Shown here piece by piece: positions 8,369-17,439 of a stretch of 62,155 nt of DNA. Each line of letters starts with the position of its first letter. Within the stretch, counting starts at the first letter, position 1. This DNA is from a bacterium. Lineage in GTDB: Bacteria; Patescibacteriota; Minisyncoccia; Phycocordibacterales; VMGT01. The notes beneath the pieces were generated by a model, which worked only from the letters and a program-made list of their open reading frames with translations, was not told where the DNA came from and made no database searches. Both the position numbers and the translations under genes were made by a program. The stretch covers positions 1 through 62,155 of the forward strand of contig JAUYPI010000009.1 of the NCBI GenBank assembly GCA_030697645.1, written 5' to 3'.

Positions 8369-9727
8369 TTATTTCAAAATTGCTCTGATCTGGTTTATTT
8401 CCTGTGCGAATTCCATATTTGTTTTTATCCCTTCTTTTACCTTGTCACAGGAGTGGATAACTGTGGTGTGGTCGCGTCCGCCAAGCCGCTGCCCGATGGT
8501 GGGGTAGGAAGTTTGGAAATCCTCCCGGAGAATGTACATAATGACCTGCCGCGGTTTGACGACCTCTTTCCGGCGTGTTTTTTCGTATATTGACGATTCT
8601 TCAATGCCGTAATATGACGCGATTGTTTTAATAACCTCTGCCGCAGCCATTGTTTTCTTCGGCCGGACGTTGTTCTTAATATATTGCTTTACATCGAGAA
8701 GGTTTGGGGCGCGGTCGTGAAGTTTTGCCTCGCAGAGGATCGAATTCATTGCGCCTTCAAGCTCGCGGATGTTTGCTGTAATAGAGTCCGCAAGTGTGGT
8801 AATCACATCTTCAGACACAGGAGCATTCGCGCCTTGCATCTTTTTTCTGATGATGAGCATACGCGATTCATAGTCCGGTTCCGTGATCTCAACAACCATC
8901 CCAGCAGCAAATCGCGACAGGAGTCGCGACTCAATGTCCGGAAGCTGGCTTGGATGGGTATCGGAGGAAAAGATTACCTGCCTATTACTGTCGTGCATGG
9001 TGTTGTAGAGGTGAAAGAGCTCTTCTTGTATCTTCTCTTTTTTTGAAAAGAATTGAATGTCGTCTATAAGTACCGTGTTGTAGCCACGGTATTTCTCTTT
9101 GAATTTCCCTGCGGTGCCGTTCTGGAGCGAGTCAACGTATTCCGTGGCAAATTGCTCCGAGGTGATATAGTAGACCCGCTCCTTTGCATGGGCGCGTTTA
9201 AGCGCGTTTCCGATTGCCTGAATGAGGTGTGTTTTCCCCCGGCCAGTGTTTCCGTAGATAAAGAGTGGATTATAGGCGACACCGGGCTTTTTGATTACTG
9301 CCTGCGATGCGGCATGAGCGAGTTCGTTAAATGAGCCGATAACGAATGTTTCAAATGTATAACGAGGATTCAAATTATCCTCTTTACTCACATAATATTC
9401 GGCAAACGGGAGCTCTTGTGCAATATTTTTGCCGTTTATATGAGAGGATACAGGCGTTGTCGTTTGATTAACTCTATGCTGCGACCCGACAATAATGTAC
9501 TCAATCGAGCGTACGCCTTCAATTCGCTCCCTAAGAAGGCGTAAGAGTGTTTTGTGGTGCTTCTCAACAATCCACTGTCGTACAAATTCATTCGGAATGC
9601 CAACCGTAGCGACCCCACCATCGTATGTTACGAGCGAGGCGTCTTTGAACCAAGTGTTGAACGTCGCCGGTGATACGGAGAGCTCGATTTCTACGAGAAT
9701 ACTATTCCATGTTTCGCGGAGATCCAT
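8369..9727 (-). CDS. dnaA: chromosomal replication initiator DnaA
   Basis: Walker A GNTGRGKTHLIQAIGN, Walker B VLIDDIQFF, C-terminal DNA-binding TIGQRLGGRDHTTVIHSCDKV. ATG at 9727; an alternative GTG is at 9736. Confidence 0.95.
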   Translation of the reverse strand: MDLRETWNSILVEIELSVSPATFNTWFKDASLVTYDGGVATVGIPNEFVRQWIVEKHHKTLLRLLRERIEGVRSIEYIIVGSQHRVNQTTTPVSSHINGKNIAQELPFAEYYVSKEDNLNPRYTFETFVIGSFNELAHAASQAVIKKPGVAYNPLFIYGNTGRGKTHLIQAIGNALKRAHAKERVYYITSEQFATEYVDSLQNGTAGKFKEKYRGYNTVLIDDIQFFSKKEKIQEELFHLYNTMHDSNRQVIFSSDTHPSQLPDIESRLLSRFAAGMVVEITEPDYESRMLIIRKKMQGANAPVSEDVITTLADSITANIRELEGAMNSILCEAKLHDRAPNLLDVKQYIKNNVRPKKTMAAAEVIKTIASYYGIEESSIYEKTRRKEVVKPRQVIMYILREDFQTSYPTIGQRLGGRDHTTVIHSCDKVKEGIKTNMEFAQEINQIRAILK

Positions 9728-9847
9728 AGTGTACACAATTACCGATTTCTAATTTCCAACTTCTAATTGTTTTTATTATAGCGCGAGTTTGGTGTGCACA
9801 AACTTGTGGTGTGTGTGGAACTATGTTAGGAATATGGGTACAACCTG

Positions 9848-9928
9848 TGGAAAGTAGAAAGTGGAGGGTAGAAAGTAGTTTTTGTGTTTTCGACTCCCCA
9901 CTTTCTACCCTCCACTTTCTACTTTCCA
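9848..9928. repeat. 29-bp perfect inverted repeat (word family GGAAAGTAGAAAGTGG), copy A1
   Basis: Arms at 9848-9876 and 9900-9928 are exact complements. It ends 3 nt before the rpmH ATG. Confidence 0.9.
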
Positions 9929-9931
9929 AAT

Positions 9932-10066
9932 ATGAAAGGCACCTATCAACCAAAACGACGCAAACGAGCGCGCACGCATGGATTTCGCGCACGCAGCAGC
10001 ACACCCGGAGGCAGAGCGGTTTTGGTGCGGCGTCGGCGTAAGGGGCGGGCAAGGGTTGCGGTGTAG
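9932..10066 (+). CDS. rpmH: 50S ribosomal protein L34
   Basis: [21 protein letters not shown]..., 44 aa. The longer track ORF from 9884 reads through the hairpin. Confidence 0.95.
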   Translation: MKGTYQPKRRKRARTHGFRARSSTPGGRAVLVRRRRKGRARVAV

Positions 10067-10119
10067 AGAGTGGAAAGTAGGATTACGTTCAACCCCTACT
10101 TTCTACCCTCTACTTTCTC
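10067..10119. repeat. imperfect hairpin of the same word family, copy A2
   Basis: GAGAGTGGAAAGTAGG ... CCTACTTTCTACCCTCTACTTTC, filling the rpmH-rnpA spacer. Confidence 0.75.
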
Positions 10120-10126
10120 GTCGTCC

Positions 10127-10462
10127 ATGCTTCCAAAAAAACACCGGCTTACCAGAGCGCAGGTTGCGGAGATTGTGAGGCGTGGGACGGCCTTCCACTC
10201 ACCGCATCTCACCCTACGCGTTTTACCGTCCCCTGACGGCTCCTACCGCTTTGGTTTTGCGGCCGGTAAAAAGGTCTCACGAGGTGCAGTTGGTCGCAAT
10301 CGGCTGCGCCGCCGCGGTTACGGAGCGCTTGAGCGCCTGCTCCCCGCTTCCCCGCCGCGTCTTGAGGGCATTTTTTTCTTTAAGCCCGGCTCTCTTGCGC
10401 TCACGCCGAGCGAGCTCAACGTGGAAATAGAGTCTCTTCTTAAGCGAATACTGTCGCGGTAG
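10127..10462 (+). CDS. rnpA: RNase P protein component
   Basis: MLPKKHRLTRAQ... and GKKVSRGAVGRNRLRRR. Position after rpmH. Confidence 0.9.
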   Translation: MLPKKHRLTRAQVAEIVRRGTAFHSPHLTLRVLPSPDGSYRFGFAAGKKVSRGAVGRNRLRRRGYGALERLLPASPPRLEGIFFFKPGSLALTPSELNVEIESLLKRILSR

Positions 10463-10486
10463 GCCGACTTCTGCTAGACTGTTTAC

Positions 10487-11227
10487 ATGATAGGATCGCT
10501 CTTTAATACCCTCCTCTACCAACCTTTCTACAACGGGTTGGTTTTTTTGATTTCCGTTATCCCCGGGGGCGATGTTGGCGTCGCAGTTATCGTACTTACT
10601 ATCGCAGTAAAACTCGGCCTGTTTTCACTCTCCTACCGCTCGATTATATCGCAACAACGCTTGAAAGAGCTTGGACCGGAGCTCGAGCGCATTAAGACGC
10701 AGTTTAAGAACGATAAACAACGCCAGGCCATGGAGACCATGGCGCTCTATCGGCGGGAAGGCGTCAATCCTCTCTCGACGATTCTCTCACTCCTCCTCCA
10801 GATACCGGTGGTATTGGCGCTTTACTTCGTTTTTGTCAAGGCTGGGCTCCCCGCGATCAATCACGAGCTCCTCTACGACTTCCTTGCCGAGCCGGGGGTT
10901 ATTTCCCTCTCGCTCCTCGGGCTTATTGATATTTCAAAAAAAAGCGTTATACTTGCCGTGCTTGCTGGAGCGACGCAGTACCTCCAGGCGCGGCTTATGA
11001 CGCCGCAGGCACCACAGGGCGAGCCGCGGGATGGGGAGCGCTCGCTCAAAGACGAGCTCGCGCGGAGTCTCCAGCTTCAGATGAAGTATGTGTTTCCCGC
11101 CCTCATTGGTTTTTTTGCATATAATTTCGGCGGTGCCGTCGCGCTCTATTTTGCGGCGAGCAACGCGTTCGCCATCGGGCAGGAGATGTATGTGAAGCGG
11201 GCTCGGGAACGGGAAAGTGGAAAGTAG
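10487..11227 (+). CDS. yidC: membrane protein insertase YidC/Oxa1 family (short form)
   Basis: 246 aa and multi-TM. Contains KELGPELERIKTQFKNDKQRQAMETMALYRREGVNP. Position after rnpA. Confidence 0.9.
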   Translation: MIGSLFNTLLYQPFYNGLVFLISVIPGGDVGVAVIVLTIAVKLGLFSLSYRSIISQQRLKELGPELERIKTQFKNDKQRQAMETMALYRREGVNPLSTILSLLLQIPVVLALYFVFVKAGLPAINHELLYDFLAEPGVISLSLLGLIDISKKSVILAVLAGATQYLQARLMTPQAPQGEPRDGERSLKDELARSLQLQMKYVFPALIGFFAYNFGGAVALYFAASNAFAIGQEMYVKRARERESGK

Positions 11228-11277
11228 AAAGTGGAGAGTAGTTGCAGTAGTTTCCACCTTCTACTTTCCACCCTCTA
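11212..11277. repeat. imperfect hairpin of the same word family, copy A3 (left arm overlaps the yidC stop)
   Basis: GGAAAGTGGAAAGTAGAAAGTGGAGAGTAG / TAGTTTCCACCTTCTACTTTCCACCCTCTA. The yidC C-terminus RERESGK-stop is encoded by the left arm. Confidence 0.8.
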
Positions 11278-11290
11278 TTCTTCAAACAAC

Positions 11291-11773
11291 ATGGACCCTC
11301 AAACAATCAAACAACTCATCGAAGAGGTCCTCGGGAAACTCTGTGTTTCCTGCGATTCTGTCGAGCTCACAGAAGACGCCGCGACGAAACGGCGGCAATT
11401 TTCAATAACGAGCAGCGACTCAAATCTCTTGATTGGCACTAGGGGCGAGAACCTCGCGGCGTTGAACCACATTGTCCGGGCGCTTGCGCGTCGGCATGGC
11501 GGCGACGAAGACGACGAGCTCAACTTTTCGATAGACGTCAATAATTATCGCCGCTCTCGCGTGGAGGCGGTGCTTACCGAGGCGCGCGAGGCGGCGGAGC
11601 GCGCTAGACTCTTCTTGCGTCCAATCGAACTCTCCCCCATGAGCTCCTACGAGCGTCTGGTCGTCCACTCGTTCTTTAGCGACGTACCAGATGTCACCAC
11701 CGAGTCATTCGGCGAAGGCAGGTTTCGGCGAGTGGTGGTGAAGTGCGCGACAGGCGAGGAGAGTAATGGCTAA
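11291..11773 (+). CDS. jag: Jag/KhpB-like KH-R3H RNA-binding protein
   Basis: Position after yidC. KH-like LLIGTRGENLAALNHIV and R3H-like YERLVVHSFF. ATG at 11291 lies just after hairpin A3. Confidence 0.85.
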   Translation: MDPQTIKQLIEEVLGKLCVSCDSVELTEDAATKRRQFSITSSDSNLLIGTRGENLAALNHIVRALARRHGGDEDDELNFSIDVNNYRRSRVEAVLTEAREAAERARLFLRPIELSPMSSYERLVVHSFFSDVPDVTTESFGEGRFRRVVVKCATGEESNG

Positions 11774-11838
11774 TAGGTTGCGTATAGCGGAACTGACTTC
11801 GGAGCACTTTTATAGACGGTGTTAGAACCTGCTTTGTT

Positions 11839-12147
11839 TTAAATCGGAAAGAAATACGGATATCCATATTGGCGTGTAATAAGAAATATTACGCCCCCTG
11901 TAATGGCAATCGCGGCCAACCAGAAGTAAACTTTTTTTGTCTGCCTCTCGAAGATGAAGTAAGCCAATCCTAAAATTATTGCTGTTAGGAAAAACCATTG
12001 GTTTATTTCACTGAACTTCATCTGCGCGGTTCGTATGTGATACCACGGAATCCCTGCAAAAATGAAAAAACAGAAAGCAACTAACGCCAAAAAAGAGGCA
12101 CCCGTTTTTTTATTCCACGAACGCGGCGAAAGCAAAAGGAATCTCAT
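11839..12147 (-). CDS. small integral membrane protein, AT-richer than its neighbours
   Basis: 102 aa with three hydrophobic segments. Abuts tRNA-Gly. Confidence 0.55.
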   Translation of the reverse strand: MRFLLLSPRSWNKKTGASFLALVAFCFFIFAGIPWYHIRTAQMKFSEINQWFFLTAIILGLAYFIFERQTKKVYFWLAAIAITGGVIFLITRQYGYPYFFPI

Positions 12148-12151
12148 ATTG

Positions 12152-12222
12152 TGCGGGCAGGGAGAATCGAACTCCCATCTACTGCTTGGAAGGCAGTCAT
12201 TTTGCCACTAAACTATGCCCGC
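12152..12222 (-). tRNA. tRNA-Gly (anticodon TCC), no encoded CCA
   Basis: Hand-folded cloverleaf: acceptor GCGGGCA/TGCCCGC, anticodon loop CTTCCAA, T-loop TTCGATT. Confidence 0.9.
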
Positions 12223-12287
12223 ATTGTAGGGCGTGCGTCTCCGGAGCTTCAATGTGGCGTGGTTGCGGTTGAGCCATACTGCCCCCA

Positions 12288-13520
12288 CTACATACTCGCC
12301 CGCAGCACCTCCTCTGGCGTCGTGATGCCGGCGTAGACCTTTTTGAGTCCGTCTTCGCGAAGCGTCTTGAGGCCCTTCTTGTGCGCCACCTCTTCGATTT
12401 CTGCGGCTGAGGCGTTATTGATTATCATGCGCTGGAGCTCGCCATCGACATCAAGCACCTCGAAGATACCTACACGGCTGCTGTAGCCGGTATCGAAGCA
12501 CACCTCACAGCCAGCGCCGTGGACGATACTCGCGCCCCGATCGATCCCCAAAGAGCTTCGTATTTCCTCAGATGGTTGGTACGCCTCGCGGCACGACCCG
12601 CAGATTTTTTTTACCAGGCGCTGCCCAATGACGCCGGAGAGCGCATACGCAACCATATCCCGCTCTATTTTCATGTCTATAAGCCGCGTGATGGTGCCTA
12701 TGGCCGAGTTCGCATGGAGCGTCGAGAGGAGGAGCCGACCAGTGAGCGATGCGCGGATTGCATTTTCCGCGGTTTCATAATCGCGGATTTCGCCGACCAT
12801 GATGCTGTCCGGGTCTTGGCGTAGGATTGAGCGTATGCCGACAGCAAAGGTGTAGCCCGTGTGTGGCGAGACCTGGCTCTGGCGTACAAAATCGAGATAG
12901 TATTCGACTGGATCCTCGAGTGTGATAATCGTACGGCTCTCCCCCGCGAGCTCACGGAGGATTGAATAGAGCGTCGTTGTCTTTCCGGTACCCGCCGGAC
13001 CCGAGACGAGTACCATGCCGTGCGATCGGCGGGAGATTGATCGCACCAGGCCGAGATCCTCAGCACCGAAGCCAAGATCCGAGAGGTTGAGGAACGACTC
13101 AACGCGATTGAGAAGTCGGAGCACCACCGCCTCGCCATGGACCGTCGGGAAGAACGAGGAGCGAACCGCAAGCACGCGAGCTCCTGAGGCCACCGCGGCA
13201 CTTGTGCTGGACGGTGCCACCCATGCGAAGTAGCCCTCTTGGGGTGTCGCACGGTGCGCGATATCAAGACCACTGAGCACTTTGAGGTGGGAGATAAAAG
13301 TATCATATTCGTCTTGCGGCCGTCTTGTCCATACATGGAGCACACCGTCAATGCGGAAGCGAATCAAGAGATGTTGCTCTGTTGGGTCGATGTGGACGTC
13401 CGAAGCCTTATTCATGACCGCCTCTGCGATCATCGCGTCTTTGAGCTCCTCCGCCGCAGAAAACGTTCGCGCGTCCACGCCTTGATTTTTTTGTTTTTCG
13501 TCTGAAGTGGTTTTTGCCAT
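12288..13520 (-). CDS. GspE/PilB-family type II/IV secretion ATPase
   Basis: Walker A VSGPAGTGKTTTLYS, Walker B IMVGEIRD, His box STLHANSA, tetra-Cys CGSC...CEVC. Confidence 0.9.
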   Translation of the reverse strand: MAKTTSDEKQKNQGVDARTFSAAEELKDAMIAEAVMNKASDVHIDPTEQHLLIRFRIDGVLHVWTRRPQDEYDTFISHLKVLSGLDIAHRATPQEGYFAWVAPSSTSAAVASGARVLAVRSSFFPTVHGEAVVLRLLNRVESFLNLSDLGFGAEDLGLVRSISRRSHGMVLVSGPAGTGKTTTLYSILRELAGESRTIITLEDPVEYYLDFVRQSQVSPHTGYTFAVGIRSILRQDPDSIMVGEIRDYETAENAIRASLTGRLLLSTLHANSAIGTITRLIDMKIERDMVAYALSGVIGQRLVKKICGSCREAYQPSEEIRSSLGIDRGASIVHGAGCEVCFDTGYSSRVGIFEVLDVDGELQRMIINNASAAEIEEVAHKKGLKTLREDGLKKVYAGITTPEEVLRASM

Positions 13521-13649
13521 ACAATATGCGCCCCACTTTTTTAGATATGACTGGATTACTGTGCGGCGAAAAGTGGAACACTCGCCTTTATTGCATCATA
13601 GCATACCGCGCGGTTCTCGCGCGCGATTTAAGGCACACCGTATGCATTT

Positions 13650-13720
13650 TCGGGGTGCCGAGACTCGAACTCGGACTAAATCCTCCCAAAGGACTCGTGC
13701 TACCATTACACTACACCCCG
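13650..13720 (-). tRNA. tRNA-Pro (anticodon TGG), no encoded CCA
   Basis: Acceptor CGGGGTG/CACCCCG, anticodon loop TTTGGGA, T-loop TTCGAGT. Confidence 0.9.
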
Positions 13721-13739
13721 GCACTTCGTTATTTAAAGC

Positions 13740-14141
13740 CTATAGGACAATGTCCTCAAGATAGCGTATCCGCGCCTTTTTTGCACCGCGATCGAGCAAT
13801 ACCGCGATGACACCAAACTGCCATTCCGGGTCGTCCTTCCTTCCCGCCAAATACGTTGCTACTGCTCGTGCGAGTCGTTTGAGCTTTCTCGGGTGGACGT
13901 TTTCTTCAGGACGATAGGCGTCAATACTGTCGCTGCCATCCGTACCAAAGACGCTCGAAACCGTCTTCACCTCGATAAAGTGGAGCAGGTCATTTCTCGA
14001 CGCAATAATGTCGATCTCCCCCCACTTTCGGAGAAAATTACGCTCAATAATCCGGAACCCGCGCTGAGTCAGATAGCGACATGCGACATCCTCACCGAGT
14101 TTTCCCACCTCCTGCTTCTGCGTTCGCGTTGACTCAGCCAC
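13740..14141 (-). CDS. yraN: YraN-family (UPF0102) endonuclease-like protein
   Basis: GKLGEDVACRYLTQRGFRIIERNF...GEIDIIA...FIEVKT. Confidence 0.85.
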   Translation of the reverse strand: MAESTRTQKQEVGKLGEDVACRYLTQRGFRIIERNFLRKWGEIDIIASRNDLLHFIEVKTVSSVFGTDGSDSIDAYRPEENVHPRKLKRLARAVATYLAGRKDDPEWQFGVIAVLLDRGAKKARIRYLEDIVL

Positions 14142-14363
14142 AAGTTTTTGGTTTTTAAGACGTAGCGATGTTTCTTAAGAAACATCCAGAGTCTTTTATG
14201 AGCGACTTTTTAAAACCTATATTTTGAGCCGTTTTTATGAGTGCAGTCCTTTTTCAATTAGATATTAAGGACGTCCTTTATACACATGTCCCCAACGTTA
14301 TCCACAATCCCTTACTTTTAAGCCATTTTTCTTAGGGGCGCTACTTGGGCAGACCTACCCGTC

Positions 14364-14765
14364 TTATATGAGGCTCTTTTGGGCAATTTCCCAAACATAC
14401 TTATCGAGCCCAGCACACTTTGCTATTTCCTGTTTTGGCAGCCACCTATGCTCACTATGTTCTTTTTGGTCAAGTACTAGCACCCCTTCAGCAGATGTGC
14501 GATAGGTCAGTCGCACCACATGCTTATCGGGGCGCAAAATGTCCTGCGCTGCAACAAGTTCCGGCTCGCCGACCATTTTAAGCCCCGTTTCTTCTTCGAT
14601 CTCCCGCTTTAAGTTTTCGGATAGTGACACCCCCGGATTGATTCTGCCGCCCGGTATATCCCACAGATTGTTAACATCGGGATACGCTTCCGGGGACCGC
14701 TTGAGGAGCAAAACCTCCCCTTTTTTGTTTAAAATCAACGCCTTAACGCCGACCTGAAGAATCAT
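14364..14765 (-). CDS. NUDIX hydrolase
   Basis: Nudix box GGRINPGVSLSENLKREIEEETGL. Start moved to MILQVGV because the upstream extension overlaps tRNA-Gly. Confidence 0.85.
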   Translation of the reverse strand: MILQVGVKALILNKKGEVLLLKRSPEAYPDVNNLWDIPGGRINPGVSLSENLKREIEEETGLKMVGEPELVAAQDILRPDKHVVRLTYRTSAEGVLVLDQKEHSEHRWLPKQEIAKCAGLDKYVWEIAQKSLI

Positions 14766-14793
14766 AGGTTTTTCAGTCCCCAACTTTACCTTG

Positions 14794-14864
14794 TGCGGGC
14801 AGGGAGAATCGAACTCCCGTCTACAGAATGGCAATCTGTCATTTTACCACTAAACTATGCCCGC
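14794..14864 (-). tRNA. tRNA-Gly (anticodon GCC), no encoded CCA
   Basis: Same acceptor and T-arm as the TCC isoacceptor. Anticodon loop TTGCCAT. Confidence 0.9.
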
Positions 14865-14988
14865 GTTTTTCGTATCTGCCCCAAAAAGCAAATTCGGATG
14901 ATCTGTTGGAGTGCTTTTTTCTTCTTGGTTTGTGCACAACTCCAGCATACTCGCACACTGCGTTTTTGCAACGGCATTTTAGCCGCTG

Positions 14989-15393
14989 TTATGTTAAGTC
15001 CATAAATGGATTGAAGACCACCTCCCACAAATATCCGTCTGGGTCGGCAAAATATCCTGAATACCCGCCCCAAAATACTTCCTGTGGTTTCTTGATCAAC
15101 CTTGCTCCAACACTTATCGCCCGTTCAATCACCCGGTCGACCTCTTCTTTGGTTTGCACATTGTGAGCCAATGTAATACCACCGAATCCAGACCCAGTTG
15201 CCGGGACCATAGCATCTTCGGCAAGCTTTTCCTTTAGGTAGAGAGCGAGCCACGTCCCCATCATCTCGAAGAAAATCACACCTTGTCCATCTTTGTAATT
15301 GTGTACGGGGAAACCAAGCCCATCACGATAAAATCGTAATGATTGTAGAAGGTCGGATACCCCAAGAGTAACAAGGCTGATTTTGGCTTTCAT
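14989..15393 (-). CDS. VOC/glyoxalase-family protein
   Basis: 134 aa with MKAKISLVTLGVSDLLQSLRFYRDGLGF and C-terminal GYFADPDGYLWEV. Confidence 0.8.
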   Translation of the reverse strand: MKAKISLVTLGVSDLLQSLRFYRDGLGFPVHNYKDGQGVIFFEMMGTWLALYLKEKLAEDAMVPATGSGFGGITLAHNVQTKEEVDRVIERAISVGARLIKKPQEVFWGGYSGYFADPDGYLWEVVFNPFMDLT

Positions 15394-15406
15394 GCTGGAA
15401 ATTTAA

Positions 15407-15478
15407 CGCCCCCGCCAGGATTCGAACCTGGAACGTTTGCTTCGAAGGCAAAAATGATATCCATTTCACCACGAGGGC
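15407..15478 (-). tRNA. tRNA-Arg (anticodon TCG), no encoded CCA
   Basis: Acceptor GCCCTCG/CGGGGGC (one G-U pair), anticodon loop CTTCGAA, T-loop TTCGAAT. Confidence 0.85.
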
Positions 15479-15536
15479 AGCACATAAATCATAGCAATGA
15501 TTAGCGTAAAACAAAAGGATACAGTACAATTTCGGC

Positions 15537-17045
15537 ATGGAATTGCGCACAAATTCAAAGATGCCGCAAAAAGTTGTAGCCGTATCGGAGACGCTCACGA
15601 AAGCCGGTTTCGAGGCATACCTTATCGGCGGGTGCGTTCGGGATCTCATCATGGGCAAGGTACCCAAGGATTGGGACTTGACGACAAGCGCTAGGCCGGA
15701 ACAAATACTTGAGCTCTTCCCCGGTTCATTTTACGAAAACGACTTCGGCACCGTCGGTGTTGTCTTTGAAAATCTAAAGGACATAAACATAAAGGACAAA
15801 TATATAAAGGACATAACTACAGAAGTAATTGAAGTGACTACCTACCGATTAGAGGCAAAGTATTCTGACTCGCGTCACCCAGACTCGGTTACATTTAGCG
15901 ATACACTTGCGGATGACCTCAAGAGACGTGACTTTACCGTAAACGCAATCGCCTACGACGTTTCTCGTGAAAACACCATAGACTTATTTCACGGCCAAGA
16001 GGACATCAAAGACCGCGTAATACGAGCGGTTGGCGATCCTGGTGAGCGTTTTTCTGAAGATGCCTTACGTATGATGCGTGCGGTGCGCTTCGCCTGTGAG
16101 CTTGATTTTTCGATTTCACAAGAAACATCCGAAGCTATATGTTTGCACACAAAGAGCTTGCAAAATATAGCGATAGAGCGCGTGCGAGCCGAGCTTATCC
16201 GCATTCTTGAGTCAGATATTCCAATGCGAGGCATAGAATTCCTGCACGAGCTCAAACTCCTCCCATATATCATCCCCGAGCTTGAGCGAGGGATAGGGAT
16301 TGAGCAAAATCAGGCTCATAAGTATGACGTATGGGGGCATAATATACGAACTGCCCAGCACGCTGCAGATAAGGGCTGGGATTTAGACTTGCGTATTGCC
16401 GCCCTATTTCACGATATTGGAAAGCCGTCAACGCGTCGTTTTGCAAAAGAGAGGAACGACTGGACTTTCCACGGGCACGACGTCGTTGGTTCACGAGAAA
16501 CTCGGAAAATCATGGAGCGTCTGAAGTTTCCCGTGAAAACAATCGAAAAAGTATCGAAGCTTGTCCGTTGGCACATGTTTTTCTCTGACCCGGAGAAAGT
16601 AACGCTTTCTGCAGTGCGTAGAATGGTACGCAATGTTGGCGAAGAGAACATATGGGATCTTATGAACCTACGGGCGTGTGACAGGATAGGAACCGGAAGG
16701 CCAAAGGAGCAGCCGTATCGGTTTCGGAAATACAAGTCAATGATCGAGGAAGCACTCCGCAGCCCGACGTCGGTGAAGATGATAGCGATAAATGGTGATA
16801 AAATAATGGAAATCACCGGACTCAAGCCGGGGCATAAGGTCGGGTATATTCTCCACGCCATGCTGGAGGACATACTCGATGACCCAACAAAAAATACACC
16901 GGAGAACCTTAGAAATCGAACGCTGGAGCTCGCGCAGTTGTCAGACGAGGAACTTATGGCGCTCGGCGAGCATGGGCGTAAGCGTAAAGTTTCTCAAGAA
17001 ACAGAGGCGGTTGGTAAGATACGGAAAAAATACTGGGTCGAGTAG
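15537..17045 (+). CDS. cca: CCA-adding enzyme / tRNA nucleotidyltransferase with HD domain
   Basis: GGCVRDLIMGKVPKDWDLTT head motif and HD motif AALFHDIGKP. An alternative ATG is at 15561. Confidence 0.9.
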   Translation: MELRTNSKMPQKVVAVSETLTKAGFEAYLIGGCVRDLIMGKVPKDWDLTTSARPEQILELFPGSFYENDFGTVGVVFENLKDINIKDKYIKDITTEVIEVTTYRLEAKYSDSRHPDSVTFSDTLADDLKRRDFTVNAIAYDVSRENTIDLFHGQEDIKDRVIRAVGDPGERFSEDALRMMRAVRFACELDFSISQETSEAICLHTKSLQNIAIERVRAELIRILESDIPMRGIEFLHELKLLPYIIPELERGIGIEQNQAHKYDVWGHNIRTAQHAADKGWDLDLRIAALFHDIGKPSTRRFAKERNDWTFHGHDVVGSRETRKIMERLKFPVKTIEKVSKLVRWHMFFSDPEKVTLSAVRRMVRNVGEENIWDLMNLRACDRIGTGRPKEQPYRFRKYKSMIEEALRSPTSVKMIAINGDKIMEITGLKPGHKVGYILHAMLEDILDDPTKNTPENLRNRTLELAQLSDEELMALGEHGRKRKVSQETEAVGKIRKKYWVE

Positions 17046-17439
17046 GGTGCTTGTGAATTCACTGGCGTGTGGATTTTTTAGGACTCGTTTGATTTCACGG
17101 GAAACAAATAACCCACTATGTAAGTGGGCAACATAGTGGGCGATTGCTGAAGAATCACCCAGAATAAAATGCTCGGGGCGCGAAAGCGCTAAAATCTATA
17201 AGACGTATAGAAGTTTGGGGCGCTTCGTGCTCGCCAAGATTATCTTATTCCAGACGACCTTCTATGGAGAATATGAAAAGATCTTTTCCTTGGAAGGATC
17301 TGATAGCGTTGTCCTTTTGTAACGCTCTCTGTCCTTTATGATATTTTCTATAAAGGACATTGTAAAGGACATGACTGTGGATAAAAAAGTGTCCTTTAGA
17401 AATTTGATTGTGTCAAGTGCCCACCCACAACCACTCACG

